From Monocercomonoides exilis PA203 (taxonomy: Eukaryota > Protista > Preaxostyla), in contig LSRY02000008.1 of assembly GCA_001643675.2 (NCBI GenBank), forward strand, positions 1,798,001 through 1,862,000: DNA of 64,000 nt, given 5' to 3'. This document shows, piece by piece, positions 1 to 11,645 of the stretch. The number at the start of each line of letters is the position of its first letter. The stretch's first letter is position 1. The position numbers were made by a program, and so were the translations under genes. The notes beneath the pieces are model-generated. The model was not told the origin of the DNA. It saw only the letters and a program-made list of their open reading frames with translations, and made no database searches.

Positions 1-330
1 CCCCATCATACACATCCCATACCAACACAAATTCACATCCACTCATCAGAAACACTCTTTGGCTCGGCCCTTCATCCAGATGTGTTATTTTTGGTGGATT
101 TGTGGAGATGTTGAAGAAGGTCAGTCGGGTGAGTGTCACAAGGCGTGTCAGAGGAGGTGCCAGAAACGGGGCTGAAGACACACAAAAAGATGAGAAATTC
201 GACTCACACACAAACACACTCCCACCTCCTTCACTTTCTTCTTCTCTTTCTTCTCCTCTTCCTTTTCCACCTCTTTCTTCACCACCTCGTTGTCCTCCTT
301 CATCCCTTCCTCTCCCAACCCCTCTCAATA
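1..330 (-). pseudogene. 5' part of another beta-helix cassette, running off the left edge
   Basis: Manual minus-strand translation gives GSVFVCESNFSSFCVSSAPFLAPPLTRLVTLTRLTFFNIST...LMSGCEF, then after a frameshift VWDVYDGG. This matches GSISVSESRFSSFCVSSAPFL...LTFFNIS...SVCDVYDGG in the 11646 ORF. Confidence 0.8.
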
Positions 331-2179
331 TTATTTTCATCATAATTCCAATACCCCTAAAACTCTTTTCCTTCCTTTTTCGCTGCTCATATAAAGTATC
401 TTGTTTAAAAAATGTGTAAAAGAACCTTCACTGCCAATGCCTTTTTATTATTAATGATCCTATAAAGCTCTTTCCCACGCTGATTCTGCTCATTGCCCTT
501 CACTTTCTATCGTCTGATCTTATTCTGCTTTTCCTCGCTGTTTTAGAAAACGCAAGCAAAAACAATTTTGTTCAAACAAATAGAAAGAAAAAACAATAAA
601 TCATATAAAAAATAGTCAAATAATATAATTAATAAAAATATCATACCTTTTTTATCCTTCAATCTTGCCAACTTTTGTCAAAGAATCACCGCATTCCTCG
701 CTTCCTCGTCCCTTCCGTTATCTCCCGCAAAAACAAACCCTTCTGAAATAGACGCGGAGTGTGACCTCTATCTTCAAGCCTTTTATTTTGATTAATATTC
801 CGAGGTATATTTCCATCTTCTTTTTAGAACTTTCTCCAAATTTTTGAATTATTTCCTCATAAAAGCCTCTCACATCAAGTTTTCTCTAAAATTCCTTTCT
901 CTTTCTTTTTCTTCTTTGTTAGGCACACTTTCTTTTCTTCTTCTCAATTATTTGTGCATGTTTTTTGTCTTTTCATCATTTTCCCATTCTCTCTTTTTGC
1001 TTTCAACCACATTTGTCCAGCACTCCTTCCAAAACCTTCAAAATTATCTTTCTTTCATTTCATTTCGCATTTCTCCTCCAGCTCACTCCTCTATGCGCCC
1101 CTTCATTTATTTCATCCAGACTTCTTTTATGCATTTTTAATCCTCTCTTTCCATATTCCATGTTCATTCATTTGCATAAAATATCTTTGCAAAAACCCTG
1201 ATTTCAACAAAAATAATATATGAAAAATCGTAATAAAAAAATATATATTCATGCCTTTTATAGCAACCCCCCTTCGCGACTTTTTTCTTTCTACTTTTCT
1301 AAATATTTCTCCGTTCTGCCAACAAAGCCCATCTTTCCCGCCTTCGCTTCTTTTCTGCTTCCTCAAATAAATATTAATCAAACCACAACCCTCTATTCTT
1401 CTTCCACTCAAATAACCTCCACAAACTCCATTCCATAAAAAACTGGTAAAGAAGAAGATTCCATCTGAATAACCCCTTCCCATCTCTTTTCGCAAAACCT
1501 CTTCTTCTTCTCTCCATTTCCCCCCAAAACAACAACAATACCACCACGCCAAATATCACAGTCCCTGTCTCCCCATCTCCCATTCCCCTTCTTCCAACCA
1601 AAAAAATATAAATATCTCCATCCTTTTTCTGTCTCTTTCCATTGCAAAACACCTCCCATAGTCAGCTCCTCATCTTCCTCTGTCTCCACACCTCCAATGC
1701 AAAGTGCCAGCGCTGATGTTCCTTCTTCCCGTCTTCCTCCGCATCCGCCTCCAACACTTGTCCTGCAAATGAGAGGCGCGGCCAAACGGTCCTTTCAATA
1801 AAAAATTAAAAAAGATTAAAAAAATATCTCTCACTTTTTTTTCCCCTTCAACCCCGCTTCCCTCTCTAATTATACACGCACTCACAAAAATTTTTCTTCT
1901 TGTTCCGCCTCATATGAGCCCTCCTCTCTCTCCCTGCATTTGAAAATAAATAACACCTCCTCCACATATCTCTCCATTTCTCGTCCTCTCCTCCAATAAA
2001 TATATTCCATTCACTCCACTCATTTTCGGCCCTTCTTGTTTTCCATCTTATCCCACCTTCTCAACAACAAATTCCTTTTCTCAAATAATAAACACTGCCT
2101 CAACACCTTCCCAATGATAAAAATCTCAAAAACAACCCCTCTAAATCTCATCCCTATCTATCCGCCACACATCCATTTT

Positions 2180-3400
2180 GCCTCTGAAATCTCACGAAAA
2201 CACCTCTTTTCCACAAAAAACATCCTTTTATCGCTCCTTTCCCCTTCGTAACCCTGCCCCTCCAAAAGCTCAGCTCCATCACCCCACACCAGAAATACAT
2301 ATTTTTTTAATCACATTGCCTTTATATGTCCATTCAGCCACAATGCATCGAGTAGGACTTTCTTTTCTTTTGTGGCCCTTATTCGTTATGGAAAATGATC
2401 AAGTTTTGCCAAATGCTCAGAAACTGTCAACGGGGTCAGATTCCGAAGCTAAAACAAAGACAGGTTGACTAAGTGAAATATTTCCAGTGAAAAGGTTGGG
2501 TATTACAAAAACAATATCTGTTTAATGGAAGATGAAATTGTTCATATTGATTGATGGAGAACTGTGAAGCAACAATATTTTCGATGGAAATGAAGAATTT
2601 TCAATGTATGTATTTTACATTGTGCTATATGTTGTGAAGATATTTCCATCCGTATCCTCTCCAAAGTCGTGATTCAGACAACTTATATAAAATGGACAAT
2701 TTATTCTATGCAGAGCAGAACAACGAGGAAGCGAGACAAATGTTACCTTACAAATATATTAGAGCCTGAATGTATTTTGTTACAAATGTTTATGTGACTT
2801 ATAATGGACTCAACATGCGCGATGTTTCGAAATGCGATGAAAAATGAATTTTGATGGAGCGGAAATGAACGGGGTTGGAAGACATCCAAGGCAAAAAGGA
2901 AGAACAGCCAATCTCTATGAAATGGGAGCACCATTTGAAGATGGCGGGGACATTTTCAAAAAATTTTGTTGAAGAGATTGGGACAAGTGACTGAAACAGG
3001 ACATTGGAGGCAATTGGAGCAGAACAAGGTGCCTTTCTTTGGAGAAGAAGGGCAAGACATTGATTTTATGGAACGAGGTGAAAGGGGTAGAATGGCACTT
3101 GATTGCTTGGGTTGAGGGGCGAAAATCCGAGAAATACAGACAATTTGGCGTGATGCAAGCAGCTGGAGGCAAATGATAGGCAAAATGGATTTGAGTCATT
3201 TTGCTATCGCATTAGGCATTGTGCCATCGAAGTATTTGCAACTGGAGCAGAGAACGAGATTGTTATGTTGAGGATATCTTCCAACAGAAAATTATCTTTC
3301 ATATGAAATTTCCTTAACATCTTATTCATCCTCTTCATCGTCTTCATTGTCTTCTTCAACTATTCCGTCTATTCTCCCCTTTCTTCTTCAGCCTTATTGT
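2180..3400 (+). pseudogene. Decayed gene relic of unknown family (copy 1 of relic X)
   Basis: Protein-like fragments (NLYEMGAPFEDGGDI, LKQDIGGNWSRTRCLS, EKYRQFG) broken by stops and frameshifts; inverted homolog at ~45600-47000 and a partial homolog at ~18250-18550. Confidence 0.45.
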
Positions 3401-4257
3401 TTTCATCACCAACATCGCAATCGTGTTTCCATATGCACCTCCAAATGATATGAAATCGTGTATTTTTCTCTTCACTTTTGATTATCACCTTCATCACCTT
3501 CATCACCTTCTGCAAATATTTATTCTTCATCGAATGCAACTAATTTTTATATTTCTTCATCATCTTCTTCACCATCATTGTTTTTGTATGCTCCTTTTCG
3601 GAAATTGAAATTATATGTCAATTTTATCCCTTCTTGGTCATTATCTTCTTCTTCTTCACCAAATCATTTTAATGGATTTTTATTATTTATGTGTTATTCG
3701 AGTGGAATCAGCGCCAAGAATTGGAAATAAGCAAATTTTTGGAAGCAGAACAGAATCACTTTCATTGATGTTGAGATTGGCAGCGGAGACAGATCAGCTG
3801 GATGTTGTTGGCAGAAAAGAACAATATTTTGAGAGGCACTCGAAGAAGAAGAAGAAAGTGTGTGAAGATTGGCGATAAATATATTTCAGAGTTTGTTTTG
3901 TATTATTTTTTTCCTCCAATTTTTCAAACATTTTATTTTTTTTTTGAGGGATTAAGATTTATGGAAGGACATTTTCAGGGAATGAATGAACATGGGGGAA
4001 AGAGCATGCTGGATGCTTTTCAGAAATCAGGCAATGACAATTTTTTTGAGAATATAGATGAATAAGCCAGAGGTTTTAAATGAAATGAATGGAAGAGGAG
4101 ACCTTTGAAGATTTATGTTAAATTTTGAAAAAGAAGAAGGCGAAGCGACGGAAAAGAATAATCGGAAAATTGAAGAAATGGCTGAAGAAGAAATGTGACA
4201 GGAAGTCAAGAAGGAAATGAAGATGAAGAAAAGGAAGCAGATTGCAAAAAGAAAATG

Positions 4258-4332
4258 GTACTGATTTGTGATATTTTTAATAACAATTTTATGTATTTTT
4301 AATATTTTTTCTTAATTGTTTAATCATAACAG
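4258..4332 (+). other. Spliceosomal-type intron in the decayed 5' flank shared by cassettes
   Basis: AT-rich GTACTG...CATAACAG block between purine-rich exon-like sequence. A same-position intron is at 20784-20890; a second flank intron type is at 11191-11274 and 47914-47974 (GTTTG...ATTAG). Confidence 0.55.
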
Positions 4333-4520
4333 GGACTTTTGTGCTAACATTCAAAAGCGAAGAATGCGAATGGAATATGGAAAGAAGGCAAAAGGAGAAA
4401 AGCGGAGAAAAAGATATTTAAAGAGAGCATGTAATCAAAAGAAGTGGAAGAGGCAAGACAATGGGATATGAGCTTCTTGAGATATTTTGCGACATGACTC
4501 CAAGAGCAAGGAGAAGATAA

Positions 4521-5975
4521 GGAGGTGAAGATGGAAGCGTTTCGACATGCGAATCTCTTATCTCATCTTCAACAGCATTTCTTTCATCACCTTCCATACC
4601 CCTTGTATCCCTCTCTCACCTGTCATTTTTCAACATTTCAACAGCAAATGATGCATGCTTGCCTTCAACAACTACGTCAACCCAAACCACGTGTATGATG
4701 AACAGCTGCTCATTCTCATCAGTTTGTGACGTTTATGATAGCGGGATTGTTCATTCCCTCAACAACCCCTTGGCCTCTTTGACAGCTTCAAACACCTCAT
4801 TCATTGGATGCTGCCGGACAAGAAACGTTGTATGTGAAGGAACTTCAGATGGAAAGTTGAATCCAGGGAGGCAAAACATTACTGACAATGGACCGAATAC
4901 ATTCACTTGGTGCGAGTGGAACGGATCGAAAACAACAGGAAGCAGTGATTCATGGACGGATGGAGAATCGAGCGGAGGGGCAATCTGTGTGAATGGTTTA
5001 TCATCTGCCTCTGTGTCTGTTTCCCATTGTATATTTAATAATTGTTTTGCATACAGTCGTGGAGGGGGAATAATGTGCGCAAGCATAAAAGAAGTTAAAA
5101 TAGAGAACAACTCATTTAATGCATGCACAGCTCAGAATCATTATGGGGGTGGAATGCTTATTTATACGATTTCATCATGTGTTCTGATCAGCGATTGTGA
5201 ATTCCAGAATTGCAAAGCAAATAGCTATGGAGGTGGTCTTAATCTTAACAATTTTAATGTTTCAGGAACAGGATGCATCCCAACAGAAAATGGAGAAGGG
5301 GAGAGTGCGTGTGTGTTTGACTGCAGTTTCACTTCGTGCTCGGTTACAAATTATTACGGCGGAGGTATGTATTGTGCTGCTGTTCCAGTTGCATTCAAAA
5401 TGAGGAGCATGCAGTTTATCTCATGTTCAGCACGGCAAGAGGGCGGAGGAATGAGATTGTATCCAAACAGGCCAACAGCACCTGATGATGGAATCTATTG
5501 TTATTTCCTTTTCTTCCACGAGTGCAAATGTTATAACAACCCCTCTTACGGTCATGACGTTATGTATAATGATTACTACAGTGTCTTTTTATCTTCAGAC
5601 AATCCGTTCAAAGAATGCTACACCACAAACACAGATGACAAGAGAGTGTGCTATGCATACAATTATGCAAATGCAAGTGTTTGGTCTTATCAGCACACGG
5701 AAAAGAAGGATTGGCTGAAGGACAAGACGATATATGTTTCTGTGAATGGGAATGATACTACTCCACTTTGTGGGGCAAATACAACATATCCGTGTCTGAC
5801 AGTGAAGAAAGCGTTTGAGATGTGTGAGGTGCAGATTAGCTTGACAGTCACGCTGCTGGAAGGGAATCATGTGAGTGAGGCAACAACAGTTGAGATTGGG
5901 GAAAAGAAGATTTCAATCATTGGGACAGGCAAAGAGAAGAGTTCAATTAGAACAGGAGCGAATTTTAGCCGTTAA
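4521..5975 (+). CDS. Cassette A: Cys/Gly-rich parallel beta-helix variable domain (truncated; likely silent cassette)
   Basis: Open frame from 4521 (GGEDGSVSTCES...FFNIS) to the stop at 5975; repeated CxFxxC..GGG motifs and a CGANTTYPC cap; no signal peptide or TM. Confidence 0.8.
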   Translation, partial: GGEDGSVSTCESLISSSTAFLSSPSIPLVSLSHLSFFNISTANDACLPSTTTSTQTTCMMNSCSFSSVCDVYDSGIVHSLNNPLASLTASNTSFIGCCRTRNVVCEGTSDGKLNPGRQNITDNGPNTFTWCEWNGSKTTGSSDSWTDGESSGGAICVNGLSSASVSVSHCIFNNCFAYSRGGGIMCASIKEVKIENNSFNACTAQNHYGGGMLIYTISSCVLISDCEFQNCKANSYGGGLNLNNFNVSGTGCIPTENGEGESACVFDCSFTSCSVTNYYGGGMYCAAVPVAFKMRSMQFISCSARQEGGGMRLYPNRPTAPDDGIYCYFLFFHECKCYNNPSYGHDVMYNDYYSVFLSSDNPFKECYTTNTDDKRVCYAYNYANASVWSYQHTEKKDWLKDKTIYVSVNGNDTTPLCGANTTYPCLTVKKAFEMCEVQISLTVTLLEGNHVSEATTVEIGEKKISIIGTGKEKSSIRTGANFSR

Positions 5976-8900
5976 TCCTTCTCATCTTCTTCTGCTCATT
6001 TTATTTTCTTCATGCAATTTTTCTTCTAAAAATTGTTCCTTGGCTATTTCAATTCATTTCACTTCAACTTTAAATCTGCAAGCGTCTTATTTTCAATTTC
6101 CCTTCTCTTATTATTTTTGCCTGGCAAGATTTTGAGACAACGAAGAAGGAGGAGTAGAAAGATAGAGGTGGAGCACTTGGAGCTGCTAACTGTGAAGGTG
6201 CTGTCAAATGCTCATTTATAATCACTAACTTTTTGTAAATAATTTTTAAAATAACTTCTTCTTGGTCATCATCATCAACAACAACATCATCATCATCCAC
6301 TTCTCCTGATTCATCAGTTTTATCATCTCCTTCTATTTGTCGTTCAATACTTCTTCAATAATTACTTCTTTGCCTTCTTCGCCATTCTGATCTATTTATT
6401 GGAATCAAGTTGTTGAAGTTTTTGAATCAGGGAATCTGAGGACTGGACTTTGACTATTTTCTTTTCTTTCCTTTTGAGCAAAATGGGGAAAATGCTATTG
6501 GCATCGGGATCGCCGGCAGAGATGGAGCAGGCGGGTGTGTTAGCAAAAAGGAGCAATATTTAGAGGAGGAGGAGGAGGAGGAAAAGAAGAAGAAGAAACG
6601 ACGAATTGGAAAGAGTAAGCGAAAAAAAATTGAATAAAAAGGTTTATTGTATGTTTTGTTTTATTTTGTTTTATTTTTTTCTTGCACAAAGGTTATGCCT
6701 TGATGCTTATTTTTCTGATTTTCATATATTTCATAAATGATTTTATTTCGTTCATTTTTCTTGTATATTTGTATTGTTGTGTACTTGGAATTTTTTTACG
6801 AATGCCAATTAAAGCGATGAAAGAAAATGGATTTTTGAAAACAAGCAGAAGATTGCAACAGAAGAAAAAGGGATACGGGGAAAGCAGACGATGAAGAAGG
6901 GGCAGAAAAGATGGAAAAAGGGATGCGACCATGTTGAGGTATTTTGTGAAATTTCACCAAGAAGCATTGAGAAGAGAAGGAGGCAAAGAAAGAAGTGCTT
7001 CAGTGAGCGAACTGCATTTCTCTTTTTTCTGTATTTTTCTCTTCCAACATATTTTTTTTCAATATTTCAACAGCAAATGACGCATGTTCGTCTTCAACCA
7101 CTACGTCAACACAAATCACATGTTTGATGAATAGTTGCTTTTTCTCATCGGTCTGTGATGTGTATGATGGCGGGATTGTCCCTTCCCTCAACAATCCCTA
7201 TGCCTCTTTGTCTGTTTCAAACACCTCATTCGTTGGATGTTGCAGGGCAAGAAACGTTGAATGCATTGGAACTGCAGATAGAAAGTTGACTCCTGGGAGG
7301 CAGAACGAAACATTCAATGGAGCAAATTCATTTATTTGGTGCGAGTGGAACGGATCGAAGGCTGCTGAAATGAGCGAAGATTATTCAAAACAAGCCTCGA
7401 ATGGAGGAGCAATATTTATGTATGGCTTGACGTCTGGTTCACTTACAGTTTCGAATTGTTCATTCAACGACTGCTTGTCATATTATGGTGGAGGAGGGAT
7501 AATGTGCCACACGATCAAATCAGTGGGTATTGAAAGCAGCACTTTCAATTGTTGTGTCTCCACAAATCGATATGGAGGAGGTGTTTATTTGTATGGCATT
7601 TCTACTTGTGCTCGGGTGAGTGGATGCGAGTTCAAAAACTGTCAAGCGATTGATTATGGAGGAGGGTTAAAATTAGATAATTTTAATATTTCAGGGACAA
7701 GATGCATTTCAACAGAAAGTGGAGAAGGGGAGAGTGCGTGTGTGTTTGACTGCAGTTTCACATCATGTTCAGTTTCTGGCTCATGGGGAGGAGGTATGTA
7801 CTGTTATGGTGTTCCTAATCAATTCAAAATGAGGAGCATGCAGTTTATTTCATGTTCTGCAATGACAAGGGGAGGCGGATTTCATTTGGAGCCAGCAAAA
7901 CAAACAGCGCCAAATGAAACAATTTATTGCTATTTCCTCTTCTTCCATGAATGCAAATGCTTGGCCAATGTTCCATATGGTCACGATATGATATACTTAG
8001 ATTATTACAAAATCTTTTTGAATTCAGACAATCCTTTCTATGAATGTTACACCACAAACACAGATGACAAGAGAGTGTGCTATGCATACAATTATGCAAA
8101 TGCAAGTGTTTGGTCTTATCAGCACACGGAAAAGAAGGATTGGCTGAAGGACAAGACGATATATGTTTCTGTGAATGGGAATGATACTACTCCACTTTGT
8201 GGGGCAAATACAACATATCCGTGTCTGACAGTGAAGAAAGCGTTTGAGATGTGTGAGGTGCAGATTAGCTTGACAGTCACGCTGCTGGAAGGGAATCATG
8301 TGAGTGAGGCAACAACAGTTGAGATTGGGGAAAAGAAGATTTCAATCATTGGGACAGGCAAAGAGAAGAGTTCAATTAGAACAGGAGCGAATTTTAGCCG
8401 TTAATCCTTCTCATCTTCTTCTGCTCATTTTATTTTCTTCATGCAATTTTTCTTCTAAAAATTGTTCCTTGGCTATTTCAATTCATTTCACTTCAACTTT
8501 AAATCTGCAAGCGTCTTATTTTCAATTTCCCTTCTCTTATTATTTTTGCCTGGCAAGATTTTGAGACAACGAAGAAGGAGGAGTAGAAAGATAGAGGTGG
8601 AGCACTTGGAGCTGCTAACTGTGAAGGTGCTGTCAAATGCTCATTTATAATCACTAACTTTTTTGTAAATAATTTTTAAAATAACTTCTTCTTGGTCATC
8701 ATCATCAACAACAACATCATCATCATCCACTTCTCCTGATTCATCAGTTTTATCATCTCCTTCTATTTGTCGTTCAATACTTCTTCAATAATTACTTCTT
8801 TGCCTTCTTCGCCATTCTGATCTATTTATTGGAATCAAGTTGTTGAAGTTTTTTGAATCAGGGAATCTGAGGACTGGACTTTGACTATTTTCTTTTCTTT

Positions 8901-10519
8901 CCTTTTGAGCAAAATGGGGAAAATGCTATTGGCATCGGGATCGCCGGCAGAGATGGAGCAGGCGGGTGTGTTAGCAAAAAGGAGCAATATTTAGAGGAGG
9001 AGGAGGAGGAGGAAAAGAAGAAGAAGAAACGACGAATTGGAAAGAGTAAGCGAAAAAAAAATTGAATAAAAAGGTTTATTGTATGTTTTGTTTTATTTTG
9101 TTTTATTTTTTTCTTGCACAAAGGTTATGCCTTGATGCTTATTTTTCTGATTTTCATATATTTCATAAATGATTTTATTTCGTTCATTTTTCTTGTATAT
9201 TTGTATTGTTGTGTACTTGGAATTTTTTTACGAATGCCAATTAAAGCGATGAAAGAAAATGGATTTTTGAAAACAAGCAGAAGATTGCAACAGAAGAAAA
9301 AGGGATACGGGGAAAGCAGACGATGAAGAAGGGGCAGAAAAGATGGAAAAAGGGATGCGACCATGTTGAGGTATTTTGTGAAATTTCACCAAGAAGCATT
9401 GAGAAGAGAAGGAGGCAAAGAAAGAAGTGCTTCAGTGAGCGAACTGCATTTCTCTTTTTTCTGTATTTTTCTCTTCCAACATATTTTTTTTTCAATATTT
9501 CAACAGCAAATGACGCATGTTCGTCTTCAACCACTACGTCAACACAAATCACATGTTTGATGAATAGTTGCTTTTTCTCATCGGTCTGTGATGTGTATGA
9601 TGGCGGGATTGTCCCTTCCCTCAACAATCCCTATGCCTCTTTGTCTGTTTCAAACACCTCATTCGTTGGATGTTGCAGGGCAAGAAACGTTGAATGCATT
9701 GGAACTGCAGATAGAAAGTTGACTCCTGGGAGGCAGAACGAAACATTCAATGGAGCAAATTCATTTATTTGGTGCGAGTGGAACGGATCGAAGGCTGCTG
9801 AAATGAGCGAAGATTATTCAAAACAAGCCTCGAATGGAGGAGCAATATTTATGTATGGCTTGACGTCTGGTTCACTTACAGTTTCGAATTGTTCATTCAA
9901 CGACTGCTTGTCATATTATGGTGGAGGAGGGATAATGTGCCACACGATCAAATCAGTGGGTATTGAAAGCAGCACTTTCAATTGTTGTGTCTCCACAAAT
10001 CGATATGGAGGAGGTGTTTATTTGTATGGCATTTCTACTTGTGCTCGGGTGAGTGGATGCGAGTTCAAAAACTGTCAAGCGATTGATTATGGAGGAGGGT
10101 TAAAATTAGATAATTTTAATATTTCAGGGACAAGATGCATTTCAACAGAAAGTGGAGAAGGGGAGAGTGCGTGTGTGTTTGACTGCAGTTTCACATCATG
10201 TTCAGTTTCTGGCTCATGGGGAGGAGGTATGTACTGTTATGGTGTTCCTAATCAATTCAAAATGAGGAGCATGCAGTTTATTTCATGTTCTGCAATGACA
10301 AGGGGAGGCGGATTTCATTTGGAGCCAGCAAAACAAACAGCGCCAAATGAAACAATTTATTGCTATTTCCTCTTCTTCCATGAATGCAAATGCTTGGCCA
10401 ATGTTCCATATGGTCACGATATGATATACTTAGATTATTACAAAATCTTTTTGAATTCAGACAATCCTTTCTATGAATGTTACACCACAAACACAGATGA
10501 CAAGAGAGTGTGCTATGCA
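5619..10519 (+). repeat. Tandem direct duplication, unit ~2430 bp
   Basis: 5619-8047 is repeated at 8048-10480, differing only in homopolymer lengths as far as I can see; a 39 bp junction sequence occurs three times (5619, 8048, 10481). Confidence 0.95.
7124..8404 (+). CDS. Cassette B: chimeric beta-helix cassette (N-part = C, C-part = A)
   Basis: 426 aa ORF identical to C up to ECYTTNTDDKRVCYA and to A thereafter. Confidence 0.8.
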   Translation: MMNSCFFSSVCDVYDGGIVPSLNNPYASLSVSNTSFVGCCRARNVECIGTADRKLTPGRQNETFNGANSFIWCEWNGSKAAEMSEDYSKQASNGGAIFMYGLTSGSLTVSNCSFNDCLSYYGGGGIMCHTIKSVGIESSTFNCCVSTNRYGGGVYLYGISTCARVSGCEFKNCQAIDYGGGLKLDNFNISGTRCISTESGEGESACVFDCSFTSCSVSGSWGGGMYCYGVPNQFKMRSMQFISCSAMTRGGGFHLEPAKQTAPNETIYCYFLFFHECKCLANVPYGHDMIYLDYYKIFLNSDNPFYECYTTNTDDKRVCYAYNYANASVWSYQHTEKKDWLKDKTIYVSVNGNDTTPLCGANTTYPCLTVKKAFEMCEVQISLTVTLLEGNHVSEATTVEIGEKKISIIGTGKEKSSIRTGANFSR

Positions 10520-10975
10520 CATTATCCTTCAGATTCTTGGGTGTATGATCAAATATCAAAAAAGGATTGGTTGAAGAGAGGGATTCTCAATCGATTTGTG
10601 GCTGTGAGTGGAGGAAACGCAGAAGAGTTGTGTGGATTGGATGAGTCAAGTGCATGCAGAACCATTGGTGTTGCAGTTGAAAAGAGCGTGATCCAGGTGA
10701 GCCTGTCGGTTACACTGATGGGAGGGGATCACACAAGCGAGACAACAACGATTGATATTGGAACAAAGAAAATTTCTGTTGTTGGGACAGGCATTGAGAA
10801 AAGTACGATTGGAACAGAAGTGAATTCGTATTCTTCGCCTTCTTCGCCATCATTTACTCCTCTTAATTGTCGATTTCATTTTTTCATTCTATTTGTTCTT
10901 CTTAACAATTATTATCATCTTCCACTTCTTCCTCTTCTCAGTGGTCCTCGCCTATTTTATGAAAGCACAAGTTGA
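9323..10975 (+). CDS. Cassette C: beta-helix variable domain
   Basis: 550 aa ORF; family homology from ~9490 (FFNIS) to ~10820 (IGTE), then low-complexity read-through. Confidence 0.8.
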   Translation: MKKGQKRWKKGCDHVEVFCEISPRSIEKRRRQRKKCFSERTAFLFFLYFSLPTYFFFNISTANDACSSSTTTSTQITCLMNSCFFSSVCDVYDGGIVPSLNNPYASLSVSNTSFVGCCRARNVECIGTADRKLTPGRQNETFNGANSFIWCEWNGSKAAEMSEDYSKQASNGGAIFMYGLTSGSLTVSNCSFNDCLSYYGGGGIMCHTIKSVGIESSTFNCCVSTNRYGGGVYLYGISTCARVSGCEFKNCQAIDYGGGLKLDNFNISGTRCISTESGEGESACVFDCSFTSCSVSGSWGGGMYCYGVPNQFKMRSMQFISCSAMTRGGGFHLEPAKQTAPNETIYCYFLFFHECKCLANVPYGHDMIYLDYYKIFLNSDNPFYECYTTNTDDKRVCYAHYPSDSWVYDQISKKDWLKRGILNRFVAVSGGNAEELCGLDESSACRTIGVAVEKSVIQVSLSVTLMGGDHTSETTTIDIGTKKISVVGTGIEKSTIGTEVNSYSSPSSPSFTPLNCRFHFFILFVLLNNYYHLPLLPLLSGPRLFYESTS

Positions 10976-11645
10976 AGGAGCAATTCGAATGGAAGCAGAA
11001 CAGGAGAATGGAAATGGAATGTTTATTTTTGGAGGAGCAGAAGAGATACAAAGCTGTTGATTGAATGATGGAAGAATGAGATGAGGGGAAATGGGTGCTT
11101 TTGCAGAAAGGAAAAATAATCTGGAGAAGGAGAAAGAAGAAAGACAGAAAAAAGAAGAACAGAAGCAATGAAGAATGGAGATTATACAAGGTTTGAATTC
11201 ATATTTTTTTATTTTTAATAAAAGAAATAACATTTTATCAAAATTTTCTAATATATATTTTTATTTGAAATTAGGATCTTTTTGGAAGAATATCTTCGTT
11301 GGTTAAAAGCGCGAGGGATGAGGAAAGATGGATTTTGAGGCGATCCCGTGAAGATGGCAGAAGGCGGGAAATGGAATGGGAATGGATGAGTGAGCAAAGG
11401 GAAACATATGAAATGGGTGGAAAAGAAGGGATTTGCGAAATGGAAAAGGTATTTTGAAAAGGGGGAAGGGAAGCGATAAAAGATAGAGAGAAGAGAAATT
11501 GATGATATGACCAAAGAAGGAGTCTTACAAGAATTTGAGAAGAAGATGATTTTTATAAGAACGCTGATTGAAAATGATGAAAGGCGAGGAAATGGAGGAA
11601 AAAGGAATTTGAAGATCGAATGTTTTGAGGAGCATTTGAAGAAGA

